A DNA stretch of 55,061 nucleotides from an uncultured Rhodospirillaceae bacterium (GCA_964386465.1 CAYLTU010000002.1:1-55061), one strand, 5' to 3'. Positions 17,125 to 26,853 are shown, counted from the stretch's first letter. A program made the numbers and translations. Notes: a model not told the origin generated them from the letters alone.

Positions 17125-18288
17125 ATGGACCCGTTCGAATCCAGCGTCTCCTGGCGCAAGCGCCCTAGCGTGAAAAGCGTCCAGGAATTGCTCGCCATGG
17201 CGCACGACCGGTCGCGCGAAGGCCGGGAATTCCTGGTGACCGCGGCGGGAGAGTTCATCGCCGAAGAAAACGGCGTGCTCAACGAAAAAGAGCGCGCCCT
17301 TATGACCGATATCCTGAACCGTCTGGTGAAAGAGGTCGAGGTCTCGGTACGTCAGAAGCTCGCGCAACGCTTGGCCGATGCGGAGAATGCGCCTCATACA
17401 CTTATAGTTGAGCTGGCGAACGATGAAATTGAAATCGCGGCGCCGGTTCTCAACCGCAGCAAGGTATTGAAAGATATCGATCTGATTGAAGTGGTTCGGC
17501 ATAAGACCCTGGAGCATCAGCTTGCCGTCGCGGTGCGTGAGTCGATTGCGGCGCCCGTATCCGACGCGTTGGTGCAATCCGGCAATCCCGATGTCGTCGA
17601 GACGCTGCTCAAGAACAAGGGTGCCGCGCTCGCTCCGGAAACGCTGGAAACCGTTATTGAACAATCGCGCGAGCGCCGGAATTATCAGGAACCACTGCTG
17701 CAGCGCGAGGAGCTTGGCCCGGAATTGGCCAAACGAATGTATTGGTGGGTGTCCGCCGCGCTTCGTACGGCGATCCTCGACCGTTACGAGCTCGATCCGG
17801 AAGCGTTCGACGACGCCATGGAGGACGCCGTTCACGAGACGCTGGCGGAGGCAGGAGTCGACGCCGGGAGGAAAGCGCCGGAAACGCTCGCCGCGCTGCT
17901 AAAGATCGACGAGGTCGCGCAGAGTGAATTGGTCAAGGCGTTGCGGGAGGGCGATATAACGAAGTTCCAATCGTTAATTCAAAAGGCGACGGGGCTCGGT
18001 CTGCCGCTGCTGCGTGTCCTGCTTTTCGAACCGGGCGGAGAGCGCCTCGCCATCGTCTGCCGCGCCATCGAAATGGCGCCCAAGGTCTTCGCCGCGATCT
18101 ACCGGCTGTTGCGCATGTCGTCGGATGGCGCGACACCGCTGAAGCGCGGTGAGTTGACTCGGATCGCGTCACTCTATCTGGACATAAATCCGGATTTGGC
18201 GTTGGCCGTCTTGCGGCAGTGGCGCCGGAACCCGGATTACCTCGCCGCGATCGAGCAGGTTACGGGTAAGCCGGCACGACTTTCATAA
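17125..18288 (+). CDS. DUF2336 domain-containing protein (paralogue 1)
   Basis: 387 aa, helical-repeat protein. It shares the core LANDEIEIAAPVLNRSKVLKDIDLIEVVRHKTLEHQLAVAVRESI...SDALVQSGNPDVVETLLKN with the ORFs at 18365 and 34470. Confidence 0.8.
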   Translation: MDPFESSVSWRKRPSVKSVQELLAMAHDRSREGREFLVTAAGEFIAEENGVLNEKERALMTDILNRLVKEVEVSVRQKLAQRLADAENAPHTLIVELANDEIEIAAPVLNRSKVLKDIDLIEVVRHKTLEHQLAVAVRESIAAPVSDALVQSGNPDVVETLLKNKGAALAPETLETVIEQSRERRNYQEPLLQREELGPELAKRMYWWVSAALRTAILDRYELDPEAFDDAMEDAVHETLAEAGVDAGRKAPETLAALLKIDEVAQSELVKALREGDITKFQSLIQKATGLGLPLLRVLLFEPGGERLAIVCRAIEMAPKVFAAIYRLLRMSSDGATPLKRGELTRIASLYLDINPDLALAVLRQWRRNPDYLAAIEQVTGKPARLS

Positions 18289-18364
18289 CCGCGCGACCGG
18301 ACTGGGAAATTTCTGTAACATGGCGGACAAATGCAGGGAGCGCGACCGCGGCGGAAAATAGCCA

Positions 18365-19465
18365 ATGGCGCAACAGGGACAAAATATCGAAGCACTGCTT
18401 CAGATTGCGCTTGACCCATCGTCGTCGGGCCGCAACGCGTTGGCGAAATCCGTCGTGGATATCTGTTTGGAGGACGGCGCGTCTCTCAGCGCTCGCGAGG
18501 TCGAACTCACCTTCGATATCCTGCACAAGCTCTTGCAAAGTGTGGAAATGGGGGTTCGTCGCGATTTGGCCCAACGTCTGGCCTATCGCGCTGACGTCCC
18601 ACGCGACCTGATCGTGACCTTGGCCAACGATCAGATCAACGTCGCCTATCCCGTACTCGTCGAGAGCGAAGTCCTGGAAGATTCGGATTTGATCGCGATC
18701 GCGCGCAAGCAACCTGCCAGCCATCAGATCGCGATCACCTTGCGCGAGCGCGTCAGCACGGATGTCTCGGAAGCGCTGATCGACACCGAGAATGTCGACG
18801 TTATCGATTCTCTTATGCGGAACCCGGCAGCGGAAATTGCACCGGTGACGATGGAACGGCTGGTGGAGATGTCCCGCGAAACGCCACCGCTTCGCCGGCC
18901 GTTGCTGCAAAGGCAGGACTTGCAACCGGAACTGGCGCGACAGATGTCGGAGTGGGTCGGTGATGCGTTGAAGGAATTCATCACGACGAACTACCCGGCG
19001 GCATTCGACAAGGTCGAATTCGATATCGACGAAGCCGTTCGCAGGGTCTCCGGTGAGTCCGATACGGCAGCGGAAAGCGATTTGAACGCGCGGGTCGCCG
19101 ATATCGAGAATACCGGCGGCATTACGGCCGATACCTTGATTGAGGCGTTGGCCCTTGACGATATCGAACTGTTCGAAGCGCTATTCGCGCGGCGAACCGG
19201 CATCGATACGGTCGCGATGCCGGTGCTGGTTTACGACCCTGGCGGTGAGCCTTTTGCCATCGCTTGCAGGGGCTGCGGCTTCTCGCAGGAGGAATTCGAA
19301 ACGCTTTTCCTGCAATTAACAAAATCCCTGGCGGGCGAACATGATGCGGACTCCGAGGAGTTCAGACGCATTAGCGTTTACTACAAGAAGCTGGATGACG
19401 GCGCCGTCCGCAGCGTTATCGACGAATGGACGCGAGCACCGGCAAAAGCGTGGGATACCGCCTAA
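18365..19465 (+). CDS. DUF2336 domain-containing protein (paralogue 2, tandem)
   Basis: 366 aa. Core: LANDQINVAYPVLVESEVLEDSDLIAIARKQPASHQIAITLRERV...SEALIDTENVDVIDSLMRN. It lies 76 nt downstream of paralogue 1. Confidence 0.8.
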   Translation: MAQQGQNIEALLQIALDPSSSGRNALAKSVVDICLEDGASLSAREVELTFDILHKLLQSVEMGVRRDLAQRLAYRADVPRDLIVTLANDQINVAYPVLVESEVLEDSDLIAIARKQPASHQIAITLRERVSTDVSEALIDTENVDVIDSLMRNPAAEIAPVTMERLVEMSRETPPLRRPLLQRQDLQPELARQMSEWVGDALKEFITTNYPAAFDKVEFDIDEAVRRVSGESDTAAESDLNARVADIENTGGITADTLIEALALDDIELFEALFARRTGIDTVAMPVLVYDPGGEPFAIACRGCGFSQEEFETLFLQLTKSLAGEHDADSEEFRRISVYYKKLDDGAVRSVIDEWTRAPAKAWDTA

Positions 19466-19540
19466 GGTCCTTGAAATCTCGACAAATATAGTCCCTGCTT
19501 GTACTTCCAGCGGATTCCTGGATCGGGAGCGGAAACAACA

Positions 19541-21064
19541 ATGGCGCTGCAAGGCCTGCCCATAGCATTGCTCGGTCTTTTCGCGATCGCCATCGCGGCG
19601 CTTCTGGTGGGCTACCGGTACACGAGAAGCCGTCCGGTACGCCAGCTGCTGACGTCGGGCATCATGTTCACCTTGGTCAGCGCGCTGGTTCTCGTCGTTA
19701 CGTATATCCCGGAATGGGTCAACCTCGCGCCGGACGATGTTTCGGTCGTGCTGTTTATTCAGATCGCCCATGTGCTTTGGTGGGTTTCCCTCGCACGCAT
19801 GTCGATCCGGGCTTCCGACGTGCTGCTGTGGCGCGGACTGTTAGCCGCACAGACGGTTCCCAAGCTTTTGAAGGACGTTCTAGGCGCGGTCTATTACATC
19901 GTCGCGTTATTCGCGATTGTCGCTTTCGTCTTCGAGCAGCCGGTAACGGGTCTGTTGGCGACATCGGGCGTTGTCGCCGTTGTTTTGGGCTTTGCGCTGC
20001 AAAATACGCTGAGCGATGTTTTCTCCGGCATCGCACTGAATATGGAACATCCCTTTCGGCAGGGGGATTGGATCCGCCTCGACACCGGCCTCGAGGGGGA
20101 GGTTGTCGAGATCAACTGGCGGGCGACTCACTTGCGGAGCCGGCACGATACGGAGATCGTCCAACCGAATTCCAGCATGGCGACAGCCCGGATCATAAAT
20201 TTCCATTATCCGGACGTCAGTTACGCTTTCAACGTCCAGGTCCGGGTCGCCTACAAGGTGCCGCCGGCCCGTGTGAAATCGACCCTGAAGGCGGCTGCCC
20301 TGGCATGCGAGCACATCAAGCGGCATCCCGGACCGATCCCGCGCATTCTGAGTTTTGAGGATTCCTTCGTCATGTATGACCTCAAGGTCTGGGTGTCCGA
20401 TTTCTCCAAGCATCCGGACCATGTCGACGATTTGATGACCAGCATCTGGGAACATATGCGCTGGGCCGGCATTACCGCGGCCTTCCCGCAGCGCGATATC
20501 CATATTTTCGAGGAGAAGGAGCGCGACGAAACCGATTCCCTCGCGGTCGGCGAGCTGCTCGACCGGGTCGATCTGTTCGCATCGCTGGAGATGGAGGAGA
20601 AGAACGAACTCGCCTCGAAGCTGGAACAGCGCCATATCCGGCCCGGCCAGCAGATCGTCCAGCAGGGCGTCGAGGGATCCTCGCTCTATGTCGTCGCCGA
20701 GGGGCTCATGGAGGTTCGCGTCCGCTTCGACGAGGATGGTCCCGACCGCAAGGTCGCGCAGGTCGGGCCCGGCGACTTCTTCGGCGAGATGTCGCTGCTG
20801 ACGGGCGCGCCGCGCAGCGCGACGGTCGTTACGCTGACCGACTCGGTGATCTATAAAATCGAAAAAGTCCATCTCGAACCGATTCTGAAAGCGCGGCCGC
20901 TGATCGCCGAATCCCTGGTGTCGCTGCTCAGCCTGCGCCAGGAAGCGACCAAGGCGCTGGCCGACGGCGAGGATGGCGACAGTCTGGACAGTCAGCAGAT
21001 CGATACGACCTACGCGGATCAGATGCTCGGTCGCATCCGGAACTTCTTCCAGCTTACCCACTGA
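19541..21064 (+). CDS. MscS-family mechanosensitive channel with C-terminal cyclic-nucleotide-binding domain
   Basis: Start at the ATG at 19541. After N-terminal TM helices comes the MscS core (GVVAVVLGFALQNTLSDVFSGIALNMEHPFRQGDWI). The C-terminal cNMP domain ends in GDFFGEMSLLTGAPRSATV. Confidence 0.9.
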   Translation: MALQGLPIALLGLFAIAIAALLVGYRYTRSRPVRQLLTSGIMFTLVSALVLVVTYIPEWVNLAPDDVSVVLFIQIAHVLWWVSLARMSIRASDVLLWRGLLAAQTVPKLLKDVLGAVYYIVALFAIVAFVFEQPVTGLLATSGVVAVVLGFALQNTLSDVFSGIALNMEHPFRQGDWIRLDTGLEGEVVEINWRATHLRSRHDTEIVQPNSSMATARIINFHYPDVSYAFNVQVRVAYKVPPARVKSTLKAAALACEHIKRHPGPIPRILSFEDSFVMYDLKVWVSDFSKHPDHVDDLMTSIWEHMRWAGITAAFPQRDIHIFEEKERDETDSLAVGELLDRVDLFASLEMEEKNELASKLEQRHIRPGQQIVQQGVEGSSLYVVAEGLMEVRVRFDEDGPDRKVAQVGPGDFFGEMSLLTGAPRSATVVTLTDSVIYKIEKVHLEPILKARPLIAESLVSLLSLRQEATKALADGEDGDSLDSQQIDTTYADQMLGRIRNFFQLTH

Positions 21065-21078
21065 TCGGTGCGCGACGC

Positions 21079-22272
21079 TCAACCCTGCTGCAGCGCCGCC
21101 ACGCCGGGCAGCGTCCGGCCTTCCAGCCACTCCAGAAATGCGCCGCCGGCGGTCGAGACGTAGCTGAAGCGCTCCGCCACGCCGGCATGGACCAGGGCCG
21201 CGACCGTATCGCCGCCGCCGGCCACCGTCGTCATCTTACCGGACTCCGTGAGGGCCGCCGCCGTCTTCGCGACGGCGACTGTTGCCGTGTCGAAGGGCGG
21301 CACTTCGAAGGCACCCAGCGGGCCGTTCCAGACCAGGGTGCGGCAATCGTCGAGCTGCGCTTCGATCGCCGCGATACTCTTCGGGCCGAAATCGAGGATC
21401 ATCTGCTCCGCCGGTACCGCCTCCAATCCCACGATTTCGCTCGCGGCACCCGCTTCGAAGGCGGCGGCGACGACGGCGTCCTCGGGCAGTACGATGCGGC
21501 AATCCTGCGCCTCGGCCTGCGCCAGGATATCGCGCGCGGTGTCCGCCAGATCCTGCTCGCACAGGCTGGCGCCGACCGCGATCCCTTGCGCGTACAGGAA
21601 CGTGTTGGCCATGCCGCCGCCGATGATCAGGCGGTCGACCTTGGCGACCAGATGGCCGAGGACGGCCAGCTTGCTGGAAACTTTCGCGCCGCCGACGATC
21701 GCGGCCAGCGGCCGCCGCGGATCGTCCAGCGCAGCGCCGAGCGCCTTCAACTCCGCTTCCATGTTGCGGCCGGCTGCCGCGGGCAGCTTGTGCGCGATGC
21801 CCTCGGTCGAGGCGTGCGCCCGGTGTGCGGCGGAGAACGCGTCGTTTACATAGCAATCGCCGAGCGCTGCCAGGGCGGCGGCGAATTCGGGGTCGTTCGC
21901 CTCTTCGCCGGGATGAAAGCGCAAATTTTCCAGTAGCAGCACACCGCCTTCCGGAAGGGCTGCGATCGCGTCTTCCGCTGCGCCGCCGATGCAATCGGAA
22001 GCGAAAGCGACGGCTTTGCCGTCCAGCGACTTCGCCAGGGCGGCGACGACGGGCTGCAGCGACATTTCCGGTACGGTCTTGCCCTTGGGCCGTCCGAAGT
22101 GGGAGATGACGACAATGCGGGCGCCGCCATCGGCCAGTTCGGTGATGGTGGGGGTGAGCCGGTCCAGGCGGGTCGCGTCCGTAACCCTTCCGTCGCGCAT
22201 GGGCACATTCAGGTCGCCGCGCAGGATGACGCGGCGGCCGGCAAAATCGAGGTCGTTTAGCGTTTTGAACAT
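21079..22272 (-). CDS. pgk: Phosphoglycerate kinase
   Basis: 397 aa. N-terminus: [25 protein letters not shown]...[14 protein letters not shown]. Glycine-rich segments: GGAKVSSKL and GGGMANTF; GGGDT. Confidence 0.97.
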   Translation of the reverse strand: MFKTLNDLDFAGRRVILRGDLNVPMRDGRVTDATRLDRLTPTITELADGGARIVVISHFGRPKGKTVPEMSLQPVVAALAKSLDGKAVAFASDCIGGAAEDAIAALPEGGVLLLENLRFHPGEEANDPEFAAALAALGDCYVNDAFSAAHRAHASTEGIAHKLPAAAGRNMEAELKALGAALDDPRRPLAAIVGGAKVSSKLAVLGHLVAKVDRLIIGGGMANTFLYAQGIAVGASLCEQDLADTARDILAQAEAQDCRIVLPEDAVVAAAFEAGAASEIVGLEAVPAEQMILDFGPKSIAAIEAQLDDCRTLVWNGPLGAFEVPPFDTATVAVAKTAAALTESGKMTTVAGGGDTVAALVHAGVAERFSYVSTAGGAFLEWLEGRTLPGVAALQQG

Positions 22273-22342
22273 GGGCGGTCTTCTACCACGTGCAACCGAG
22301 AACCGGACAGGCTATCTTCGTGAAAAGGCAACGAGGCAGACT

Positions 22343-22585
22343 GTGCTGAGCGACGAACAACGCGGCGAACTCGTGACGTGGCTGCGCGACCAGGAAAACA
22401 TCCCGGCCGAGCCGCAGGAGATCGTCGCGACGGGAAAAACGCTCGACTATTACGTCGGATGTTGGGGCACGGCGCAAAAGACGGCAGCCACCGGCGCCGG
22501 CACGGCGCTGTCGATCTGGCAAGGCGAAGGATACTTCTTTTTAATCGCGGACTATGGGGATTTCCGGGCCGCCGCCGTTTTCTGA
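22343..22585 (+). CDS. Hypothetical small protein (GTG start)
   Basis: This is the in-frame tail of ORF 21989-2585 lying outside pgk: VLSDEQRGELVTWLRDQENIPAEPQEIVATGKTLDYYVGCWG... No family was recognised. Confidence 0.3.
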   Translation: MLSDEQRGELVTWLRDQENIPAEPQEIVATGKTLDYYVGCWGTAQKTAATGAGTALSIWQGEGYFFLIADYGDFRAAAVF

Positions 22586-22593
22586 GTCAGCTG

Positions 22594-23322
22594 CTATCGG
22601 CCCAACCGGTGGGCGTGGAGCCTCTCATAAAACGGAGCGCACCGACCGGCGAGATCTTCCAGTTCCGCTGTCAGGACGACTTGCTTTGGCTTGTACGCCA
22701 CGAAGCCGGTCGAATCGGTCACCGAGCCATACCAGTATTTGCTCCAAATTCCATCCGTCTCTCTGGGACCGGGCGGCCAGGACAGCATCGCATCGGTGAA
22801 GGTCAACCCGACGCTTTCGCAAAGGGCCGACAATAGTTTGGTTGGATCGCGCAACACGTCCTCCGCGTCGAGGACCGGTGGCGGTGATCCGGTTTCTTCG
22901 AAAAGAGTGTCGAACAGAGCCGCCTGCTGCGGCAACCCTGTATCTTCAAGGGTCACCGTCTCGCGTACCCGCGTGTAGGACGCCAGGACTTCGCGGGGAT
23001 CGCGGATCAAAAAACAGTTGCGGAGCACGCGCAGCCAATCCTGTTCGATCTCGGGCAACAAGTGATGCGACATATGCTTCTGGTACCAGACGGCGCGGCC
23101 TTCCGGCGCCGGCCCGCACAGCGTGCCCGCGACCTTGCGCCAGTCGTCGGGTTGTGCCGCGATAACCTCGTCGCGCCCCGGATGGTCGAGCCCGGTCCGC
23201 CGCAGAAAGTAGCCATAGAGCGGCTCGTCCGTGACCGCGGTGTCCGGCCGGTTGCCGAAGGCGCGCAACATCGCGGTGGAGATGTTGCGCGGGCCCGACC
23301 ACATGGCGATACGCAGCGTCAT
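22594..23322 (-). CDS. Sulfotransferase-like P-loop family protein (function unknown)
   Basis: Start at the ATG at 23320-23322, which overlaps the upstream gene's TGA (ATGA). The N-terminal MWSGPRNISTAMLRAF (P-loop-like) and the FLIRDPREVLASY block resemble the sulfotransferase-like family that is fused to class IV aminotransferases in plants (from memory). Confidence 0.7.
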   Translation of the reverse strand: MTLRIAMWSGPRNISTAMLRAFGNRPDTAVTDEPLYGYFLRRTGLDHPGRDEVIAAQPDDWRKVAGTLCGPAPEGRAVWYQKHMSHHLLPEIEQDWLRVLRNCFLIRDPREVLASYTRVRETVTLEDTGLPQQAALFDTLFEETGSPPPVLDAEDVLRDPTKLLSALCESVGLTFTDAMLSWPPGPRETDGIWSKYWYGSVTDSTGFVAYKPKQVVLTAELEDLAGRCAPFYERLHAHRLGR

Positions 23323-24227
23323 TCGGCGCCGCACTCGCGCTCGATCAGGCCGCGATAGAGATCTCGCAGCCGCGCCGTCATGGGGCCCAGCTCTCCGCTG
23401 CCCAACGTCCGGCCGTCGATGTTCGCGACAGGCGTCAACCCGCCGAAGGTTCCGGTCACGAAGGATTCCTCCGCCCCGTAGACCTCGGTCAGCGAGAAGT
23501 TCTTTTCGTGTACCGGAATGCCGTTCTCGCGGCACAGCGCGACGACGTTGCCGCGGGTAATCCCCGGCAGGCAGTAGTCGCCGGTCGATGTCCAGACCTC
23601 GTCATGCCGGACGATGAAGAAATGGGTCGAGTTGCAGGTCGCGACGAACCCGTGCGGATCGAGCATCAGCGCTTCGTCCGCGCCCGCCTTGTCGGCCTGG
23701 ATGCAGGCGGCGATGCAGTTCAGCTTGGAAAGGCTGTTCCATTTCGGGTCCTGGGTGTCCGGCGCGCCGCGATGGACATGCACCGTGAACAGGCTCAAAG
23801 GCGCGACCTCGCGCGCTTTCTTGTATTCCGGGATGATGACGATGGTCGGTCCACCGACATTGGCGTTCGGGTGCTGATAGGGCGTGCGCTTGAGGCCCCG
23901 GCTGACGACCAGGCGGATATGCACACCGTCGGTCATGCCGTTGGCGTCGCAAGTCCGCTGGATCTCCGCCGCGAGCTGGTCCGGCGTCATGCCGATATCG
24001 ATATCGACGGCTTTCAGGTTTTCGTAAAGCCGTCCCATATGCTGGTCCAGGAAGGCGAGCTTGCCGTGATGAAGGCGCATGCCTTCCCACATGCCGTCGC
24101 CCAGCAGGAAACCGCTGTCGAAGACGGAAATCTTCGCGTCCGGCCTGGGGTTGAGCTCGCCATTGATATAGATGAGGGCGGTTTCGTTGCGCGGATCGTC
24201 TTCGTAAGCGTGCGTTCCGGTTGCCAT
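23319..24227 (-). CDS. Class IV (branched-chain / D-amino-acid) aminotransferase family protein
   Basis: 302 aa. Blocks: SVFDSGFLLGDGMWEGMR, ATCNSTHFFIV, LPGITRG and ESFVTGTFGGLTPV. Confidence 0.9.
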   Translation of the reverse strand: MATGTHAYEDDPRNETALIYINGELNPRPDAKISVFDSGFLLGDGMWEGMRLHHGKLAFLDQHMGRLYENLKAVDIDIGMTPDQLAAEIQRTCDANGMTDGVHIRLVVSRGLKRTPYQHPNANVGGPTIVIIPEYKKAREVAPLSLFTVHVHRGAPDTQDPKWNSLSKLNCIAACIQADKAGADEALMLDPHGFVATCNSTHFFIVRHDEVWTSTGDYCLPGITRGNVVALCRENGIPVHEKNFSLTEVYGAEESFVTGTFGGLTPVANIDGRTLGSGELGPMTARLRDLYRGLIERECGAE

Positions 24228-24364
24228 CGGGTCTCCCTGCCTGCGTCATTTGGGGGCATGATCGTGAAGTAGGGTTTTGCCCGCATGGTTGCGATGGTTC
24301 AAGTCCCTGCGATAGGTTCTGTTATGAGCATTAGGAAAAAATCATTGCATATGACGGCACAATC

Positions 24365-24829
24365 GTGACGGACCGGCACGCGCACATGAAGGCGCTGCGG
24401 GAGACCGGGTTCTGGGGCCGTGCGGCGGCGGGGTGTCTGATCCAGGCGCGCGAGACGGGGCGAATTCTGATTCCGCACCGGTCGGAACATTGCCAGCAGC
24501 CGAATACCTGGGGCACCTGGGGCGGCGCTATCGATTCCGGTGAGTCGCCGGAGGAGGCGGTACTGCGCGAACTGGCGGAGGAAGCGGGTTTCGCCGCGCC
24601 GGAAGAGATCATTCCGTTGTACGTTTTCCAGCACCAATCCGGCTTCAGCTACCACAATTTCCTTGTGATGGTAGCGGTGGAATTCGAACCCGACATTAAT
24701 TGGGAAACACAGGCCTTCAACTGGTTCCGATTCGGCGATTGGCCGGAACCGGCGCATTTCGGTCTGACGGCGCTGCTGACGGATGCGGAGAGCATTGCGG
24801 TCTTGGAAAAGCGGGCGGCGGCACGCTGA
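24365..24829 (+). CDS. NUDIX hydrolase
   Basis: Nudix box WGGAIDSGESPEEAVLRELAEEAGF. GTG start at 24365 (alternative ATG at 24386). Confidence 0.85.
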   Translation: MTDRHAHMKALRETGFWGRAAAGCLIQARETGRILIPHRSEHCQQPNTWGTWGGAIDSGESPEEAVLRELAEEAGFAAPEEIIPLYVFQHQSGFSYHNFLVMVAVEFEPDINWETQAFNWFRFGDWPEPAHFGLTALLTDAESIAVLEKRAAAR

Positions 24830-24848
24830 TAAAAAGTGCGGTTCCGCG

Positions 24849-25298
24849 CTAGCGATCGTCGAAGTCGGTCTGCAGGAACGACACCAGCACGTCGCACGGC
24901 GATACCGTGAGAAGGTTCTTCGACGTCGACTTTCGCCACCAGCGTTCAATGGTGTTGCGCCGGCGATGCCCCACGACGATGAGATCGGCGCCGATTTCCC
25001 GCGCCGTTGCGGTTATCTCGTCGACCGGATCGCGGTAGCCGAGCCGGCCTTCCGCCTTGACCCCACGTTGACGCAGCCGCTCGACGCCTTCGTCCAGATA
25101 GGAGCGGATTTCGCGCTGTTCCTCGTTGACCAGGTCGGACGGATTGACGCCGCCGGCGATGGGCATTGTGGTCGACGAGGTAATGACGGCGAGAAGATGC
25201 GTTTCCGCCTTGCAGAATTCGGCGATTTCGGCACCCTGACGCAACGCGGCCCGGTATTCCGGGCTTCCGTCATATGCGAGAAGGATCTTCTTGTACAT
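24849..25298 (-). CDS. Universal stress protein (UspA family)
   Basis: MYKKILLAYDGSPE...ADLIVVGHRRRN...SKNLLTVSPCDVLV. The start overlaps the 3' end of the upstream MFS gene by 29 nt. Confidence 0.85.
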   Translation of the reverse strand: MYKKILLAYDGSPEYRAALRQGAEIAEFCKAETHLLAVITSSTTMPIAGGVNPSDLVNEEQREIRSYLDEGVERLRQRGVKAEGRLGYRDPVDEITATAREIGADLIVVGHRRRNTIERWWRKSTSKNLLTVSPCDVLVSFLQTDFDDR

Positions 25299-26853
25299 TT
25301 TTTACCTGCCCTGCCCGTTTCAATATCCAAACCGGGATCAAGGCGCAAACAAAAACGATGCTGATGCAGCTGAAGCCGTCTTGGAATCCAAAGGTCGTGG
25401 CCTGCGCTTCGATGACGTTGCCGAGATAGTGCAGCGCGCCGGGCTGGTGGATCGCCGCCGGCACGCCGCTTTCGTTGAGCAGATGCTGGACCGCGTCGAG
25501 AAATTCCCGGCTGACCGGATTGGCCGGCGTCTGGGTCGCCGTCAGCGCATCGCTGTGGAACTGGGTGCGCTGCGAGATCAGGACGACCAGCGAGTTGATG
25601 CCGATCGAACCGCCCAGCTGCCGCATGAAATTCAAGGCGCCCGAACCGCGGTTTAGCTGATCGGAGCGCAAGGTTCGCATGGCGCTTGATACCAGCGGCG
25701 GCATGATCAACCCCATGCCGAACCGACCGATCATGGTGAAGATCGCGACGGCCCAGAAGGTAGTGTTCGTATCGGCTGTGGTCATCAGCGCGGCTCCCAA
25801 TGCGAAGCACAGCAAACCGATCATGATCGGATAGTGTGCCGGCACCCGGTCGGCGAAGCGGCCGGAGAAGGGAAACAGCGCCATCAGGACAAGACCCGCG
25901 GGGATCAGGGCCAATCCCGCTTCCGTTGCCGAATAGCCGCTGACCGTCTGTACGAAAACCGGGATGGCGTAGCTCGACGCCATGTTGCCGAATCCGAACA
26001 CGGTGGCGACCAGCACGGCGGCCGCGAATGCCGGGTTGGCGAACAGGCTCATGTCCAGCAGCGGCGATTTCGAACGCAATTGCAGAACCACGAAGATGCC
26101 GAATGCCACCAGAGCGGTCGCCGCGCGGGTCATGATCAGATCGGATGTCCATCCGAAGCGCTGCCCGTCCGCCATGGCGGACAGCAGGTTTATCAACGCG
26201 ATGACGAGGACGATGATCCCCGACCAGTCGAACGGCGGCAGACGGCGCCACTCGATGGGCCCCGGCATCAGGAAAGCGCCGAGAACAAAGGCGGCGGCGC
26301 TAAACGGCAGCGGTATGTAGAAGATATAGCGCCAGGAAAACGTATCGATCGCGAGTCCGCCGATGAACGGGCCGATCCCGGGAGCCAGCATGATCGCCAT
26401 GCCGTACAAACCCATCGCCAGGCCGCGACGGTTTTCGGGAAAGACCTGGAACAGCAAGACCATCACCAGCGGCTGACTGACCCCGGCGGAAAATCCCTGC
26501 AATATGCGGCCGAGGATGATGAAGTCGTAGGTCGGGCTCGACGCCGCGATCGCGGTCCCGATGAAGAAAACCACGATGATGAGAAGGAAGGTCAGGCGTT
26601 GCCCGAACGCCTCGACCAGCCATGTGTTGAGCAACTGGCTGATTGTCATCGTGGCGATGAAGGCGGTCGCCATCCATTGTGCGAGGTCCAGCCCGATGCC
26701 GTAGGCGCCCATGACGCTCGGCACCGCGACGTTAACGATCGTCACCGACAACACCATCGACATGACGCCGAGCATGCCGGCGAAGGCGACGAAATAGCGG
26801 TAATGGGGACCGTACCGCGCGAAGCGGTCTTCGATCGTCGGGCCTGACGCCAC
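25270..26853 (-). CDS. MFS transporter, DHA2 (EmrB/QacA, 14-TMS) drug-efflux family
   Basis: 527 aa and highly hydrophobic. N-terminal blocks VNVAVPSVMG and LDLAQWMATAF are typical of EmrB-type permeases. It lies downstream of a HlyD/EmrA gene. Confidence 0.9.
   Translation of the reverse strand: MASGPTIEDRFARYGPHYRYFVAFAGMLGVMSMVLSVTIVNVAVPSVMGAYGIGLDLAQWMATAFIATMTISQLLNTWLVEAFGQRLTFLLIIVVFFIGTAIAASSPTYDFIILGRILQGFSAGVSQPLVMVLLFQVFPENRRGLAMGLYGMAIMLAPGIGPFIGGLAIDTFSWRYIFYIPLPFSAAAFVLGAFLMPGPIEWRRLPPFDWSGIIVLVIALINLLSAMADGQRFGWTSDLIMTRAATALVAFGIFVVLQLRSKSPLLDMSLFANPAFAAAVLVATVFGFGNMASSYAIPVFVQTVSGYSATEAGLALIPAGLVLMALFPFSGRFADRVPAHYPIMIGLLCFALGAALMTTADTNTTFWAVAIFTMIGRFGMGLIMPPLVSSAMRTLRSDQLNRGSGALNFMRQLGGSIGINSLVVLISQRTQFHSDALTATQTPANPVSREFLDAVQHLLNESGVPAAIHQPGALHYLGNVIEAQATTFGFQDGFSCISIVFVCALIPVWILKRAGQVKNVQEDPSRI

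Noticed and set aside
16993-17835. Antisense ORFs opposite the DUF2336 genes (16993-17835, 18260-18925, 34386-35681) and opposite the hypothetical pair (46003-46938).
   Set aside because: The plus-strand frames show GC-rich third positions, a conserved paralogous core (for DUF2336) and natural-looking amino-acid composition. The minus-strand products are repetitive and rich in Arg, Leu, His and Gly, as expected of reverse-complement shadows.
24287-24319. GGTTCAAGTCC string resembling a tRNA T-loop.
   Set aside because: The flanking bases cannot form a T-stem (GATGG against CCCTG does not pair). No acceptor or anticodon arms can be drawn. The similarity is part of a direct repeat, not a tRNA.
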